From Candidatus Pyrohabitans jungbluthii (GTDB lineage Archaea > Hydrothermarchaeota > Hydrothermarchaeia > Hydrothermarchaeales > BMS3B): 64,000 nucleotides of DNA. The DNA is taken from the NCBI GenBank assembly GCA_002010065.2, contig MTMD02000015.1:32001-96000 (forward strand). The letters run 5' to 3'. The notes beneath the pieces are model-generated. The model was given only the letters and a program-made list of their open reading frames with translations, made no database searches and was not told the DNA's origin. The position numbers and the translations under genes were made by a program. Shown in pieces: positions 1 through 8,914 of this stretch (its first letter is position 1; each line of letters opens with the position of its first letter).

Positions 1-1
1 C

Positions 2-1942
2 ATCTACCCCACCAAGGCTCTTGCCAGAGACCAGCTCTCAAAATTTAAGGAGATTGAAGCCGCGACAGGCGTGCGCTTCGCTGTGCTGGACGGCGACACC
101 CCTCGCGAGGAGAGGGAGAAGATTTACGCCTCTCCGCCAGAGGTGTTGATAACCAACCCCGACATGCTTCACCTTCACCTCATGCTCCCCTGGAGCGAGT
201 TTCGCGGTCTTCTTCACGGGGTGTGCTACGTGGTGCTGGATGAAATCCACGAGTACACCGGTGCCTTCGGAGCGAGTATCCACTTTATCCTGCGAAGGCT
301 CCGAAGGTTTGCTAACTTCCAGCTAATAGCTGCAACCGCGACCCTCGCCAACCCTGAAGAGTTTGCCTCCCAGCTCTTCGGGTGTAGCGCTGAGCCTGTC
401 GCAGAAGAGGGGCGGAAGGGGAGGCTGCACTTTGCCATGCTCTACCCTGAAGAGGGTAGCGAGACCTCGCTGATAGTGGCGATAATGCGGGAGCTTTACC
501 AGGAAGGTCTCAAAAACCTTGTTTTTGCAAACACCCACAAAAATGCAGAGGTAATACTTAAAGTAGCTAGAAAGCAAAAGCTCAGGGCAGAGATTCACCG
601 CGCTGGTTTAACTAAAAAGCATCGCGAGGCTGTGGAGCGTGCCTTTAAGAGCGGAGAGCTTCGCTGCATGGTTGCGACGCCAACCCTTGAGCTGGGCATA
701 GATATCGGCGACTTAGACGCCGTCGTTACGATGCTCACCAGCTTTACCCGCGTGCTTCAGCGCATAGGTAGAGCCGGACGAAAGGGACAGGAGAGCCTAG
801 CTTTGATGGTGCTCAGAAACAACGACCCGATAAGCTCCTACTATCTGGAGCATCCCGATGACTACTTTGGCGACGTGGCTCCGGGCTACGTGGAGCCGGG
901 CAATGAGGTTGTGGCGAGGCATCACATTCTTGCAGCCGCGCTGGACATGCCCCTTCGCAGAGGAGAGTTCGCAGAGTTTGCGGGGCTAATTGAGAAGCTT
1001 GTGAAGGAGGGGCTGCTTGTTGAGAGGAGAGGGAGGCTATACCCGGACTACAGGCGAGTGCGAAAGGTTCTGGCTAATTATAATCTCCGTGGCGTTGGCG
1101 AGGAGGTGGTTATCCGCGAGGGCAAGCGGAGAATAGGCACTAGGAGCATGCCAATGGCGGCGCGGGAGCTCTTTCCGGGGGCGATTTACCTCCATGGGGG
1201 CGTGGCTTATGTGAGCAGAAGCTTTTATTTCTCCTCTGGCAGAGGCGAAGCTGTGGTTGAACGCTTCCACGGGGAGGAGAACATAAAGACCGAAGCCCTG
1301 CGCTTCTCTGTGCCTGAGATTGTAGAGACCATCGCGAGGCGTCGCGCTCTGGGTGCAGAGCTTGTATACGCGAAGCTGCGCATTACCGAGGTGGTGCACG
1401 GCTACGTGGTCAGGGATATATACACAAACAAGAAGCTGGAGGAGGCTTCGCTTGCAGAGCCCATAGAGTATACCTTCACCACCTACGGCGTAGCCTTCCG
1501 TGCGCCTGAGCCAGAGCCTTTGCCAGAGCCCCAAAGCGGTGCTTTTAGCCATGAGGAGATACTCTCCGGAACCTTCCACGCGCTGGAGCATGTGCTTATA
1601 GAGGGGAACAATATGCTCCTTGGCGGCGGCGCAGGCGAGCTTGGAGGCATTGCCATGGGCACCTCGGGGGTGATCTTCATCTACGACGGGTCGCCGGGTG
1701 GCAATGGGCTTGCAAAGCTCCTGTACGACCGTTTTGAGACTGGAGTTAAACGCGCGAGGGAGATTCTCAGGATTTGCAACTGCAAGCGCGACGACGGTTG
1801 TCCGCGATGCACCTACTCCTACCAGTGCGGAAACAACAACCGCCCCCTATTTAAGGCAGGCGCCCTCGCGTGTGCAGAAACACTGCTGCGAGGAAAGGCA
1901 AGAGCAATAGGAGACTATGAGGGTGAGAAGCCATACGTGTAG
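2..1942 (+). CDS. DEAD/DEAH-box SF2 helicase with C-terminal DUF1998/Zn-binding domain (SftH/Hrq1-like); 5' end lies outside the window
   Basis: Frame is open from position 2 (IYPTKALARDQ, motif Ia); DEIH, TAT, QRIGRAGR motifs; C-terminal C-x-C-x4-C-x2-C cluster. Confidence 0.9.
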   Translation: MYPTKALARDQLSKFKEIEAATGVRFAVLDGDTPREEREKIYASPPEVLITNPDMLHLHLMLPWSEFRGLLHGVCYVVLDEIHEYTGAFGASIHFILRRLRRFANFQLIAATATLANPEEFASQLFGCSAEPVAEEGRKGRLHFAMLYPEEGSETSLIVAIMRELYQEGLKNLVFANTHKNAEVILKVARKQKLRAEIHRAGLTKKHREAVERAFKSGELRCMVATPTLELGIDIGDLDAVVTMLTSFTRVLQRIGRAGRKGQESLALMVLRNNDPISSYYLEHPDDYFGDVAPGYVEPGNEVVARHHILAAALDMPLRRGEFAEFAGLIEKLVKEGLLVERRGRLYPDYRRVRKVLANYNLRGVGEEVVIREGKRRIGTRSMPMAARELFPGAIYLHGGVAYVSRSFYFSSGRGEAVVERFHGEENIKTEALRFSVPEIVETIARRRALGAELVYAKLRITEVVHGYVVRDIYTNKKLEEASLAEPIEYTFTTYGVAFRAPEPEPLPEPQSGAFSHEEILSGTFHALEHVLIEGNNMLLGGGAGELGGIAMGTSGVIFIYDGSPGGNGLAKLLYDRFETGVKRAREILRICNCKRDDGCPRCTYSYQCGNNNRPLFKAGALACAETLLRGKARAIGDYEGEKPYV

Positions 1943-1979
1943 CGCAAGATTTTTTATATATAATCTACAGGATATTGGC

Positions 1980-2171
1980 ATGGACGAGATTGTGCTCAGG
2001 CTGGATAAGAAGGCGATGCGCAAGCTCTATGCTGTCGCCCTCTTCTTTGGTGTTGTTATGGGACTTTTTTTAATACCAGACAGCACAATAGAGCTTGCAG
2101 GTATTGTCCTGCTCATCCTCCTGAGCATGTCCCTAGGTGTGATGCTCGAGAGGATAAGGGTGGAGAGTTAG
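1980..2171 (+). CDS. Small two-TM membrane protein, hypothetical
   Basis: ATG at 1980 just after a TTTTTATATA box; two hydrophobic segments. Confidence 0.6.
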   Translation: MDEIVLRLDKKAMRKLYAVALFFGVVMGLFLIPDSTIELAGIVLLILLSMSLGVMLERIRVES

Positions 2172-2184
2172 TGAAGGTGATAAA

Positions 2185-2880
2185 ATGAAGCTTATCTACG
2201 CTGGCAAGGCTAAAAGCTTGTATGAGCTGGACGAAGAGCGCGTGCTCATGGAGTTCCGCGACGACTTAACCGCAGGAGACGGTGCGAAGAAGGCGACAAA
2301 GGCTGGAAAGGGAGCGCTTAACGCAGAGATATCTGCTAAGTTCATGGAGCTTCTCAGGGGAAAGGGAATACCCACGCATTACCTCGCCTTTGAGGCGCCA
2401 AACAAGCACGTAGTGAAGCGCGTTAAGATAGTGCCCCTCGAGGTTATTGTGCGCAACATAGCCACAGGTAGCTTGGTGAGGCGCTACCCCTTTAAAGAGG
2501 GCACCGAGCTATCGCCACCCATTGTGGAGTTCTGCCTAAAGAGCGATGAATACCATGACCCCATGGTGAACGAAGACATAGCCCTCGCTTTGAGCGTCGT
2601 CTCTTCAAGGGAGGAGCTCGCGAAGATGCGCGAAATTGCGCTGAAGGTGAACGAAGTCCTGAGCGAGTTCCTGCGGGAGAAGGGGATTATACTCGTAGAC
2701 TTCAAGCTGGAGTTTGGCTATGACAGCGAAGGCAATCTCATTGTTGCGGACGAAATCTCTCCCGACACCTGCCGCTTTTGGGACGCGGAGACAAGGGAGA
2801 TTATGGATAAAGACCGCTTCCGGCGCGATCTTGGGGATGTACTGAAGTACTACGAGGAGGTAAAAAGGAGAATCTCATAA
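2185..2880 (+). CDS. purC: SAICAR synthetase
   Basis: GKAKSLY, FRDDLTAGDG, LVDFKLEFG, DEISPDTCRFWD motifs. Confidence 0.97.
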   Translation: MKLIYAGKAKSLYELDEERVLMEFRDDLTAGDGAKKATKAGKGALNAEISAKFMELLRGKGIPTHYLAFEAPNKHVVKRVKIVPLEVIVRNIATGSLVRRYPFKEGTELSPPIVEFCLKSDEYHDPMVNEDIALALSVVSSREELAKMREIALKVNEVLSEFLREKGIILVDFKLEFGYDSEGNLIVADEISPDTCRFWDAETREIMDKDRFRRDLGDVLKYYEEVKRRIS

Positions 2881-2913
2881 AACTGATGAAAAACTACAAG
2901 AAGAGTATAAAAA
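2876..2913 (-). terminator. U-rich archaeal terminator tract for the minus-strand RNA
   Basis: TTTTT…TTTTT…TTTT runs on the minus strand directly after the terminal stem. Confidence 0.45.
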
Positions 2914-3125
2914 CCGGATTTGAGGTCAAGCGGTTAAACCTTAAGGCACGCCTCAAAGGCTTACCCTTTTTAGGGGGCAAACCTCTTTAGCATTGCCTAT
3001 CAGGTACACAGCCCGGCGAACAGGTAGCTGTCCCGCACCTTCACTCCCAACCCGGGTTTCCCCGAATGAGAGTGTCGGGCAAAGACGAGCGCCCTGCCGA
3101 ACTGCCCGCTTGATTTCCTCTCCGG
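2914..3125 (-). ncRNA. Unidentified highly structured ncRNA (~212 nt, terminal stem plus four arms)
   Basis: 5'/3' ends pair (CCGGA-GAGG-UCAAGCGG with CCGCUUGA-CCUC-UCCGG); four internal hairpins with G-U pairs and GAAA/UUCG loops; upstream BRE/TATA; downstream oligo-U. Confidence 0.7.
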
Positions 3126-3148
3126 TGGAATAAATATTGTATTAGTCG

Positions 3149-3164
3149 CATAAATAGTTTTCGG
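3149..3164 (-). promoter_or_regulatory. BRE/TATA promoter of the putative ncRNA
   Basis: CCGAAAACTATTTATG about 25 nt upstream of the RNA 5' stem. Confidence 0.5.
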
Positions 3165-3373
3165 TTGATATTTATTACTCCTAGGAATCTGAAAGTGGGG
3201 TACGTAGATTATTTCGCCTAACTGAAGAGAGCATATGCCCAAGCTTCCTGACAGAAAGACAGGATGGGTAATCAGACATGTAACCTAGCCTTGGATCCAA
3301 ATGTGCAAGAGCTATAGAATCTCCTCAGAGTTTGAAGGGTTTCTCATCCCTCGAATGGTCAATCGCTCTGTTT

Positions 3374-3661
3374 TTATATTACTGCTCTGGCTTTATCAGA
3401 AGAAACTGCTTTCCCTCTTCCTCTTTTACCTTTTTAAAAAAATCGCAACCCATGCAGGTTAGTTGCTTCTCAGCAAAAGTCCCCTCCCATCGCAGAATGT
3501 ACCACTAACTGCCCAGCAAATCCTACCCCCGTTTTTTCCCCATTCAATCCATCATAAGAGGTATCAACTGCCGCAGGGCACACGCCGAATTCAGTTACCT
3601 TTGTCCCTCCTGGATGCCTACCACAATTCTTGAATTCCCAACAATTTTGCCGGTGTATCAT
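3374..3661 (-). pseudogene. Frameshifted 'two-CW domain' Cys-rich protein
   Basis: NCWEFKNCGR…CPAA…GLNG, then in a shifted frame KNGGRICWAVSGTFCDG, then in a third frame TFAEKQLTCMGCDFFKKVKEEEG…; two frame breaks. Confidence 0.7.
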
Positions 3662-3787
3662 TTTATTACCCTCTCTCTTTCTCGTGAATTTACCTTTAAT
3701 ACACTATATACGCGTAGATAGATAAACATTATTTTTCATAGCCTGAAACTTAATCGAAGTGCTGGCAAACTACTGCCTACGGTGACT

Positions 3788-5788
3788 CTACCTTACCCTG
3801 CTCCCCTCCTTAACATCCCTATCCAGAGTTATTGCCCTTGCTTTGCCATCTCCAACGCTGCGTAGCAGCAGCACCTCGCTTTTCTCACCAGCCACCTCGA
3901 AGGGTTCAATGTTCGTAAGTACCGCCACCAGCCTGCCTTCTAGCTTCTCCGCGTCGCTGAGCTGCGACACCGCTTGCTTTGTGGCATCGCCCAAGCTGAG
4001 GGTGAGCTTCCAGTATCCATTACCAAGCTTCTCCACTGCCTTCACGCGAGCCACGCGGAAGTCGAAACTGGAGAAGAAGTCGTAGGTTATTTCCTGCTTT
4101 GACTTGAAAATCTCCTCAAATTGGGTAACCTCCGATGTTATACTGCGCAGCCTCTCTATAGCCTCATCGTCGAGCTTCGGAAACAGCGGCTTTGGCTTAG
4201 CAATTTTCGTCCCGGGTTTAATCTTTTCAGTACCAACGTCGCTCAGCATGCCCAGCTCTGTGCCGAGGAGGCGGGCCACCTCCTGGGCGCTCTGGGGCAA
4301 AAACGGGCTCATCAGTATAGCCAAGTCGTAGCACAGGTTGGCGCATACATAAAGCGCAGCCTTCGCGCGCTCTGGCTCAGCCTTAACCTTCTTCCAGGGC
4401 TCCTGCGCCTGGAAGAAGGCGTTGCCGATATCTGAGAGTTCAAGCACCTTGCGTAGACCATCTCTAAGCTTTACATCCCACATGAGCGAGCGGTACTCTT
4501 CAGCGATTCTCCTGCTCTCTTTCAACGTTCGCCTGTCTTCGTCGCTCAGCTCAGCCTCGGGCACAGCTCCAGAGAAGTAGCGGTGGATGAAGCTCAGTGT
4601 GCGATAGAAGAAGTTTCCAAGGTTAGCAACAAGCTCGTTGTTCACTCTCTCCTTAAACTCCCTCCACTTCCACTCGGTATCGCTGGTCTCTGGAATAATG
4701 TAGGTTAGATAGAAGCGCCACACGTCGCTGCTGAGCTGTGCTTTAGGCAGGTTCTCGCAGAATATCCCCCATCCTCGCGATTTGGAAATCTTGTCACCCT
4801 CGTAGTTGAGATACTGCAGTCCAGCCACGCGGTAGGGTAGGTCATATTCTCCGTTTGCGAGCAACATGCCCGGCCAGAAGATGGTGTGGAAGGGTATGTT
4901 GTCCTTGCCTATAAAGTGGAATATCTTCGCCTCGCCCTTCCAGAAGGGTTTCCAGGCATCGGCATCGCCCTTAAGCCTTGCCCATTCCTTGGTGGAGGAA
5001 ATGTAGCCTATGGGCGCGTCGAACCACACGTAGAAAACCTTGTCCTCGTAGCCCTTTAGGGGGACCTTTACTCCCCACTCCAAGTCGCGGGTAATGCATC
5101 TCGGCTTTAACCCTTCTTTAATCCAGCCCATGGCCATGTTGTAAACCTGCTGGCTCCACACTCCGCGCCTGCTCTCTATCCACTCCTTAAGCTTCGGCTC
5201 AAGCTTGTCTAGGTTGAGAAACAGGTGCCGCGTTTCTTTAAAGACCGGCGTGTTTCCGCACAGAACGCACCTTGGCTCAATAAGCTCGTCCGGATTTAAT
5301 AGCGTCGAACAGCGCTCGCACTGATCGCCCCTCGCAGAGTCATAGCCGCAGCTCGGGCAGGTGCCTTCGACGTAACGGTCCGGGAGAAATCGCTTATCGT
5401 GCTCGCAGTAGGGTAAGAGGAGCACGCCCTCGGTTATGTAGCCGTTCTCGTATATCTTCAGAAAAAACTCCTTCGTGGTCTTATGATGAATCTCCCTCGA
5501 AGTGCGTGAAAAGTTGTCGTAGCTTATGTCCAGCCAGTCGTATATCTCCTTATGTACCTCGTAGTACTTGTCTGTAAGCTCTTTGGGAGAAACCCCCAGC
5601 TTTCGTGCAGCAACCTCTATGGGTGTGCCATGCTCATCGCTCCCGCCTATAAACACCGTCTCATAGCCCGCGAGGCGGCAAAAGCGGGCGAATATATCCG
5701 CTGGTAGATGCGAACCAGCGATGTTGCCTATGTGGGGTACGTTGTTCACATAGGGCAAGGCGCAGGTAATCAGTACCTTCTCCGCTAT
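3788..5788 (-). CDS. metG: Methionine--tRNA ligase (start inferred at ATA 5788; first canonical start is TTG 5758)
   Basis: KVLITCALPYVNNVPHIGN, Zn knuckles, YVWFDAPIGY, KISKS; divergent C-terminal tRNA-binding domain. Confidence 0.96.
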   Translation of the reverse strand: MAEKVLITCALPYVNNVPHIGNIAGSHLPADIFARFCRLAGYETVFIGGSDEHGTPIEVAARKLGVSPKELTDKYYEVHKEIYDWLDISYDNFSRTSREIHHKTTKEFFLKIYENGYITEGVLLLPYCEHDKRFLPDRYVEGTCPSCGYDSARGDQCERCSTLLNPDELIEPRCVLCGNTPVFKETRHLFLNLDKLEPKLKEWIESRRGVWSQQVYNMAMGWIKEGLKPRCITRDLEWGVKVPLKGYEDKVFYVWFDAPIGYISSTKEWARLKGDADAWKPFWKGEAKIFHFIGKDNIPFHTIFWPGMLLANGEYDLPYRVAGLQYLNYEGDKISKSRGWGIFCENLPKAQLSSDVWRFYLTYIIPETSDTEWKWREFKERVNNELVANLGNFFYRTLSFIHRYFSGAVPEAELSDEDRRTLKESRRIAEEYRSLMWDVKLRDGLRKVLELSDIGNAFFQAQEPWKKVKAEPERAKAALYVCANLCYDLAILMSPFLPQSAQEVARLLGTELGMLSDVGTEKIKPGTKIAKPKPLFPKLDDEAIERLRSITSEVTQFEEIFKSKQEITYDFFSSFDFRVARVKAVEKLGNGYWKLTLSLGDATKQAVSQLSDAEKLEGRLVAVLTNIEPFEVAGEKSEVLLLRSVGDGKARAITLDRDVKEGSRVR

Positions 5789-5902
5789 GACAAAACCTCC
5801 TATAACTGCGGTTTGTGAGAAGGAACCCGCAGGTGGTTCCTATCTCCGGACACGTCTTCTTCCACAGGGGGGTAGAGGGGGGACGGAGTCCCCCTCTCTC
5901 GG

Positions 5903-5940
5903 CAAGAATATTTATAGGGTTAACAATATAAGATTTCTTG
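5903..5940. promoter_or_regulatory. Overlapping divergent BRE/TATA promoters (metG leftwards, tRNA-binding protein/RNR operon rightwards)
   Basis: CAAGAATATTTATAGG on + and CAAGAAATCTTATATTG on -, arranged as a quasi-palindrome. Confidence 0.55.
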
Positions 5941-5941
5941 C

Positions 5942-6295
5942 ATGGGAGGCAAGAATGTTACTCTGGAGGATTTTGAGAAGCTTGACCTTCGCGTGGGCGT
6001 GGTAAAGGCAGCGGAGGAGATTAAGGGTTCTGAGAAGCTTCTGAAGCTCCTCGTGGATATAGGTGAAGTTACCCGGGGCACCGCTCCGGGTGACGGAGAG
6101 CGCCAGCTGGTCGCTGGCATAAAGAAGTGGTATTCGCCCGAGCAGCTGGTGGGGAAGCGCATAGTGGTGCTGGCAAATTTGAAGCCAGCCAAGCTCTTCG
6201 GCGTGCTGAGCCAGGGCATGCTGCTCGCAGCGCAGGATGAGCAGGGCGTGGCTCTGCTCATCGCCGAGGGGGAGCCCGGGGAAAGGGTGCGCTGA
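5942..6295 (+). CDS. Free-standing tRNA-binding OB-fold protein (MetRS C-terminal/Trbp111/CsaA family)
   Basis: EDFEKLDLRVG, RQLVAGI, NLKPAKLFGVLSQGMLLAA. Confidence 0.92.
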   Translation: MGGKNVTLEDFEKLDLRVGVVKAAEEIKGSEKLLKLLVDIGEVTRGTAPGDGERQLVAGIKKWYSPEQLVGKRIVVLANLKPAKLFGVLSQGMLLAAQDEQGVALLIAEGEPGERVR

Positions 6296-6296
6296 G

Positions 6297-8387
6297 ATGC
6301 GCGTAAAGAAGATTCGCAAGCGCGATGGCCGCGTTGAGGATTTCAACCCTGAGAAGATACGGAACGCTATTTTAAAAGCCTTTATCGCCACCGGAGAAGG
6401 CAACGGTAGCGTTGCCGGCGAAGTGGCGAGAGAGGTTGTCGCCCGCGTGGAGGAGCGTTTTGCGGGGCGCATTCCCGGCGTGGAGGATGTTCAGGACATA
6501 GTGGAAGAGACGCTTATCAAGCGGGGCTACGCCAAGGTGGCGAAGGCGTACATCCTATACAGAAAGCAGCGGGAGGAGATTCGCGCAGCCAAGAGTTTCA
6601 TCGGTGTGCGTGATGATTTAAAGCTGAGTGTTAATGCCACGCAGGTGCTGCAGAAGCGCTACCTGCTCAAGAACGATAAGGGCGAGGTTATAGAGACTCC
6701 AGCTCAGATGTTTCGCAGGGTGGCGAAGGCGATAGCAAAGCCTGAGAAGCGCTATGGCGGCGATGTTAAGCGTGCCGAGGAGCGCTTCTACTCGGCGATG
6801 GTTCGCCTGGATTTTCTTCCAAACTCGCCCACGCTGATGAACGCCGGAACGAAGCTGGGGCAGCTCAGCGCGTGTTTCGTCCTGCCCGTGGAGGATAGTC
6901 TTGAGAGCATCTTCGACGCTTTAAAGCACATGGCGCTGGTGCAGCAGAGCGGAGGTGGCACTGGCTTTAGCTTCTCAAAGCTCCGCCCTAAGGGCGACAT
7001 AGTGCGCTCCACAAAGGGCGTCGCTTCTGGGCCGGTGTCCTTCATACGCATCTTCGACGTCACGACGGACGTCATAAAGCAGGGGGGCAAACGCAGAGGA
7101 GCAAACATGGGCATTCTCAGAGTGGATCACCCGGATATAATAGAGTTCATTACAGTCAAGCAGCAGGAGGGTGTACTTGAGAACTTTAACATAAGCGTTG
7201 GCATTACCGACGCTTTCATGGAGGCTGTGCGTAAAGATGAGGAGTATCCGCTGGTGAACCCCCGGAATAAAGAGGTTGTCCGCCACATGCGTGCTCGCGA
7301 TGTGTTCGACATGATTGTAACCGCTGCCTGGCGCACAGGCGATCCCGGCTTGGTTTTCTTAGATGAGGTGAACCGCCACAATCCCACGCCGGCGCTTGGT
7401 GATATAGAGAGCACAAACCCTTGTGGGGAGGTACCTCTCCTGCCTTACGAGTCCTGCAATCTTGGCTCAATTAACCTCTCCCACTTTGTTTCTCGTGGAG
7501 AAGTGGACTGGGAGCGCCTGCGCAAGGCGGTTCGCCTGGGCGTGCACTTCCTGGACAATGTTATAGACGCCAACCGCTACCCCCTGCGCGCGATTGAGCG
7601 CATGACGAAGGGGAATCGGAAAATCGGCTTGGGGGTAATGGGCTTCGCTGAGATGCTCATAAAGCTGGGGATGCGCTACGATACCAAAGAGGCGGTGAGC
7701 TTTGCTGAGAAGCTGATGAGCTTCATTCAGCACGAGGCGAAGCAAAAATCTCGGGAGTTAGCGGAAGAGCGGGGCTCCTTCCCCAACATAGACAAGAGCA
7801 TCTACGCTGGCGAAGCCATGCGCAACGCCACTGTAACAACGATTGCTCCCACGGGAACAATAAGCATAATAGCCGGCACCAGCTCCGGGATAGAGCCGCT
7901 CTTCGCAATATCCTTCATCCGCAACGTTATGGAGGGCACAAAGCTGCTGGAGGTCAATCCCCTCTTCGAGCGCATCGCTCGCGAGAGAGGCTTCTATTCC
8001 ACGGCGCTCATGATGAAAATTGCAAAGACCGGCTCAATTCAGGATATGAAGGAGGTGCCCCGCGATGTTCGCGAACTCTTCGTCACAGCTATGGATATAG
8101 CACCGGAGTGGCATGTGCGCATGCAGGCGGCGTTCCAACGCCACGTGGACAACGCCGTATCTAAGACCATAAACCTGCCTCACGATGCCAGCTTGGAGGA
8201 CGTGCGCCGTGCCTTCTGGTTGGCGTACGAGCTGAAGTGCAAGGGCATAACCGTCTACCGCTATGGAAGCAAGCGGGAGCAGGTGCTCTACATAGGCTCA
8301 ATCCTGAAGAAGGAGACGGGCGAGGAGCACATAAGCGCAGACGCGGAGTATTCGGGGGGCTGTCCCACGAGGGAATGCATAGTGTGA
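6297..8387 (+). CDS. nrdJ: Adenosylcobalamin-dependent (class II) ribonucleotide reductase with N-terminal ATP cone
   Basis: KRDGRVEDF ATP cone, PNSPTLMNAG, LSACFV, TNPCGE, TIAPTGT, C-terminal CPTREC; adjacent cobalamin adenosyltransferase; no beta subunit nearby. Confidence 0.93.
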   Translation: MRVKKIRKRDGRVEDFNPEKIRNAILKAFIATGEGNGSVAGEVAREVVARVEERFAGRIPGVEDVQDIVEETLIKRGYAKVAKAYILYRKQREEIRAAKSFIGVRDDLKLSVNATQVLQKRYLLKNDKGEVIETPAQMFRRVAKAIAKPEKRYGGDVKRAEERFYSAMVRLDFLPNSPTLMNAGTKLGQLSACFVLPVEDSLESIFDALKHMALVQQSGGGTGFSFSKLRPKGDIVRSTKGVASGPVSFIRIFDVTTDVIKQGGKRRGANMGILRVDHPDIIEFITVKQQEGVLENFNISVGITDAFMEAVRKDEEYPLVNPRNKEVVRHMRARDVFDMIVTAAWRTGDPGLVFLDEVNRHNPTPALGDIESTNPCGEVPLLPYESCNLGSINLSHFVSRGEVDWERLRKAVRLGVHFLDNVIDANRYPLRAIERMTKGNRKIGLGVMGFAEMLIKLGMRYDTKEAVSFAEKLMSFIQHEAKQKSRELAEERGSFPNIDKSIYAGEAMRNATVTTIAPTGTISIIAGTSSGIEPLFAISFIRNVMEGTKLLEVNPLFERIARERGFYSTALMMKIAKTGSIQDMKEVPRDVRELFVTAMDIAPEWHVRMQAAFQRHVDNAVSKTINLPHDASLEDVRRAFWLAYELKCKGITVYRYGSKREQVLYIGSILKKETGEEHISADAEYSGGCPTRECIV

Positions 8388-8392
8388 TTCCC

Positions 8393-8914
8393 ATGCGCCG
8401 TGGCTTGGTCTACCTGTACACCGGCGAGGGGGAGGGAAAGACCACCAACGCAATAGGCTTGGCGGTTCGCGCTGTGGGGCAGGGCTTCAAGGCTATAGTG
8501 GTGCAGTTCCTCAAGGGAAACCCCGATATCGGCGAGTACAAGGTGCAGAAAAAGCTTGCTCCGCTCTACGAGGTCCACCAGTTCGGGAGCAGGCACTACA
8601 TCGACCTTCTCCACCCTCGTGCCGAGGATAAGGAGCACGCCAGGCGGGCGCTGGAATTTGCGAAGCGCGCAATGGAGCAGAAGCCACGTATCTTGGTGTT
8701 GGATGAGGTCAACCTCGCCGTCGCCTTTGGGCTTGTACCAAAGGAAGAAGTTCTTGAACTCATGGAGCGCGTGCCGCCAGAAACTGTACTGGTGCTTACA
8801 GGTAGGCGCGCACCCAAGGAATTCATAGAGCGCGCAGACCTGGTTACTGAGATGAGGCTGGTCAAACACCCCTACCAGCGGGGAGTTATCGGCAGGCGTG
8901 GCGTAGAGTACTAA
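8393..8914 (+). CDS. cobO: Cob(I)alamin adenosyltransferase (CobO/BtuR)
   Basis: YTGEGEGKTT, VQFLKG, VLDEVN, LTGR, ADLVTEM…KHP. Confidence 0.92.
   Translation: MRRGLVYLYTGEGEGKTTNAIGLAVRAVGQGFKAIVVQFLKGNPDIGEYKVQKKLAPLYEVHQFGSRHYIDLLHPRAEDKEHARRALEFAKRAMEQKPRILVLDEVNLAVAFGLVPKEEVLELMERVPPETVLVLTGRRAPKEFIERADLVTEMRLVKHPYQRGVIGRRGVEY

Noticed and set aside
1500-1535. PEPEPLPEP micro-repeat in the helicase
   Set aside because: Looks like an ordinary low-complexity loop
2914-3125. RNase P RNA, SRP RNA or TPP riboswitch identity for the structured RNA
   Set aside because: GAGGAAA and ACCUGAU are partial resemblances only; RNase P CR-V, SRP helix 8 and the TPP CUGAGA motif are absent, and there is no downstream gene
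3240-3340. Possible nucleotidyltransferase remnant (FGSKAR on the minus strand)
   Set aside because: Only a short motif among stop codons, with no supporting DxD
6055-6105. Archaeal bulge-helix-bulge intron around the 27 nt hairpin
   Set aside because: The flanks (AGGT/GGAG) cannot form the 4 bp central helix, and the insert keeps the frame anyway
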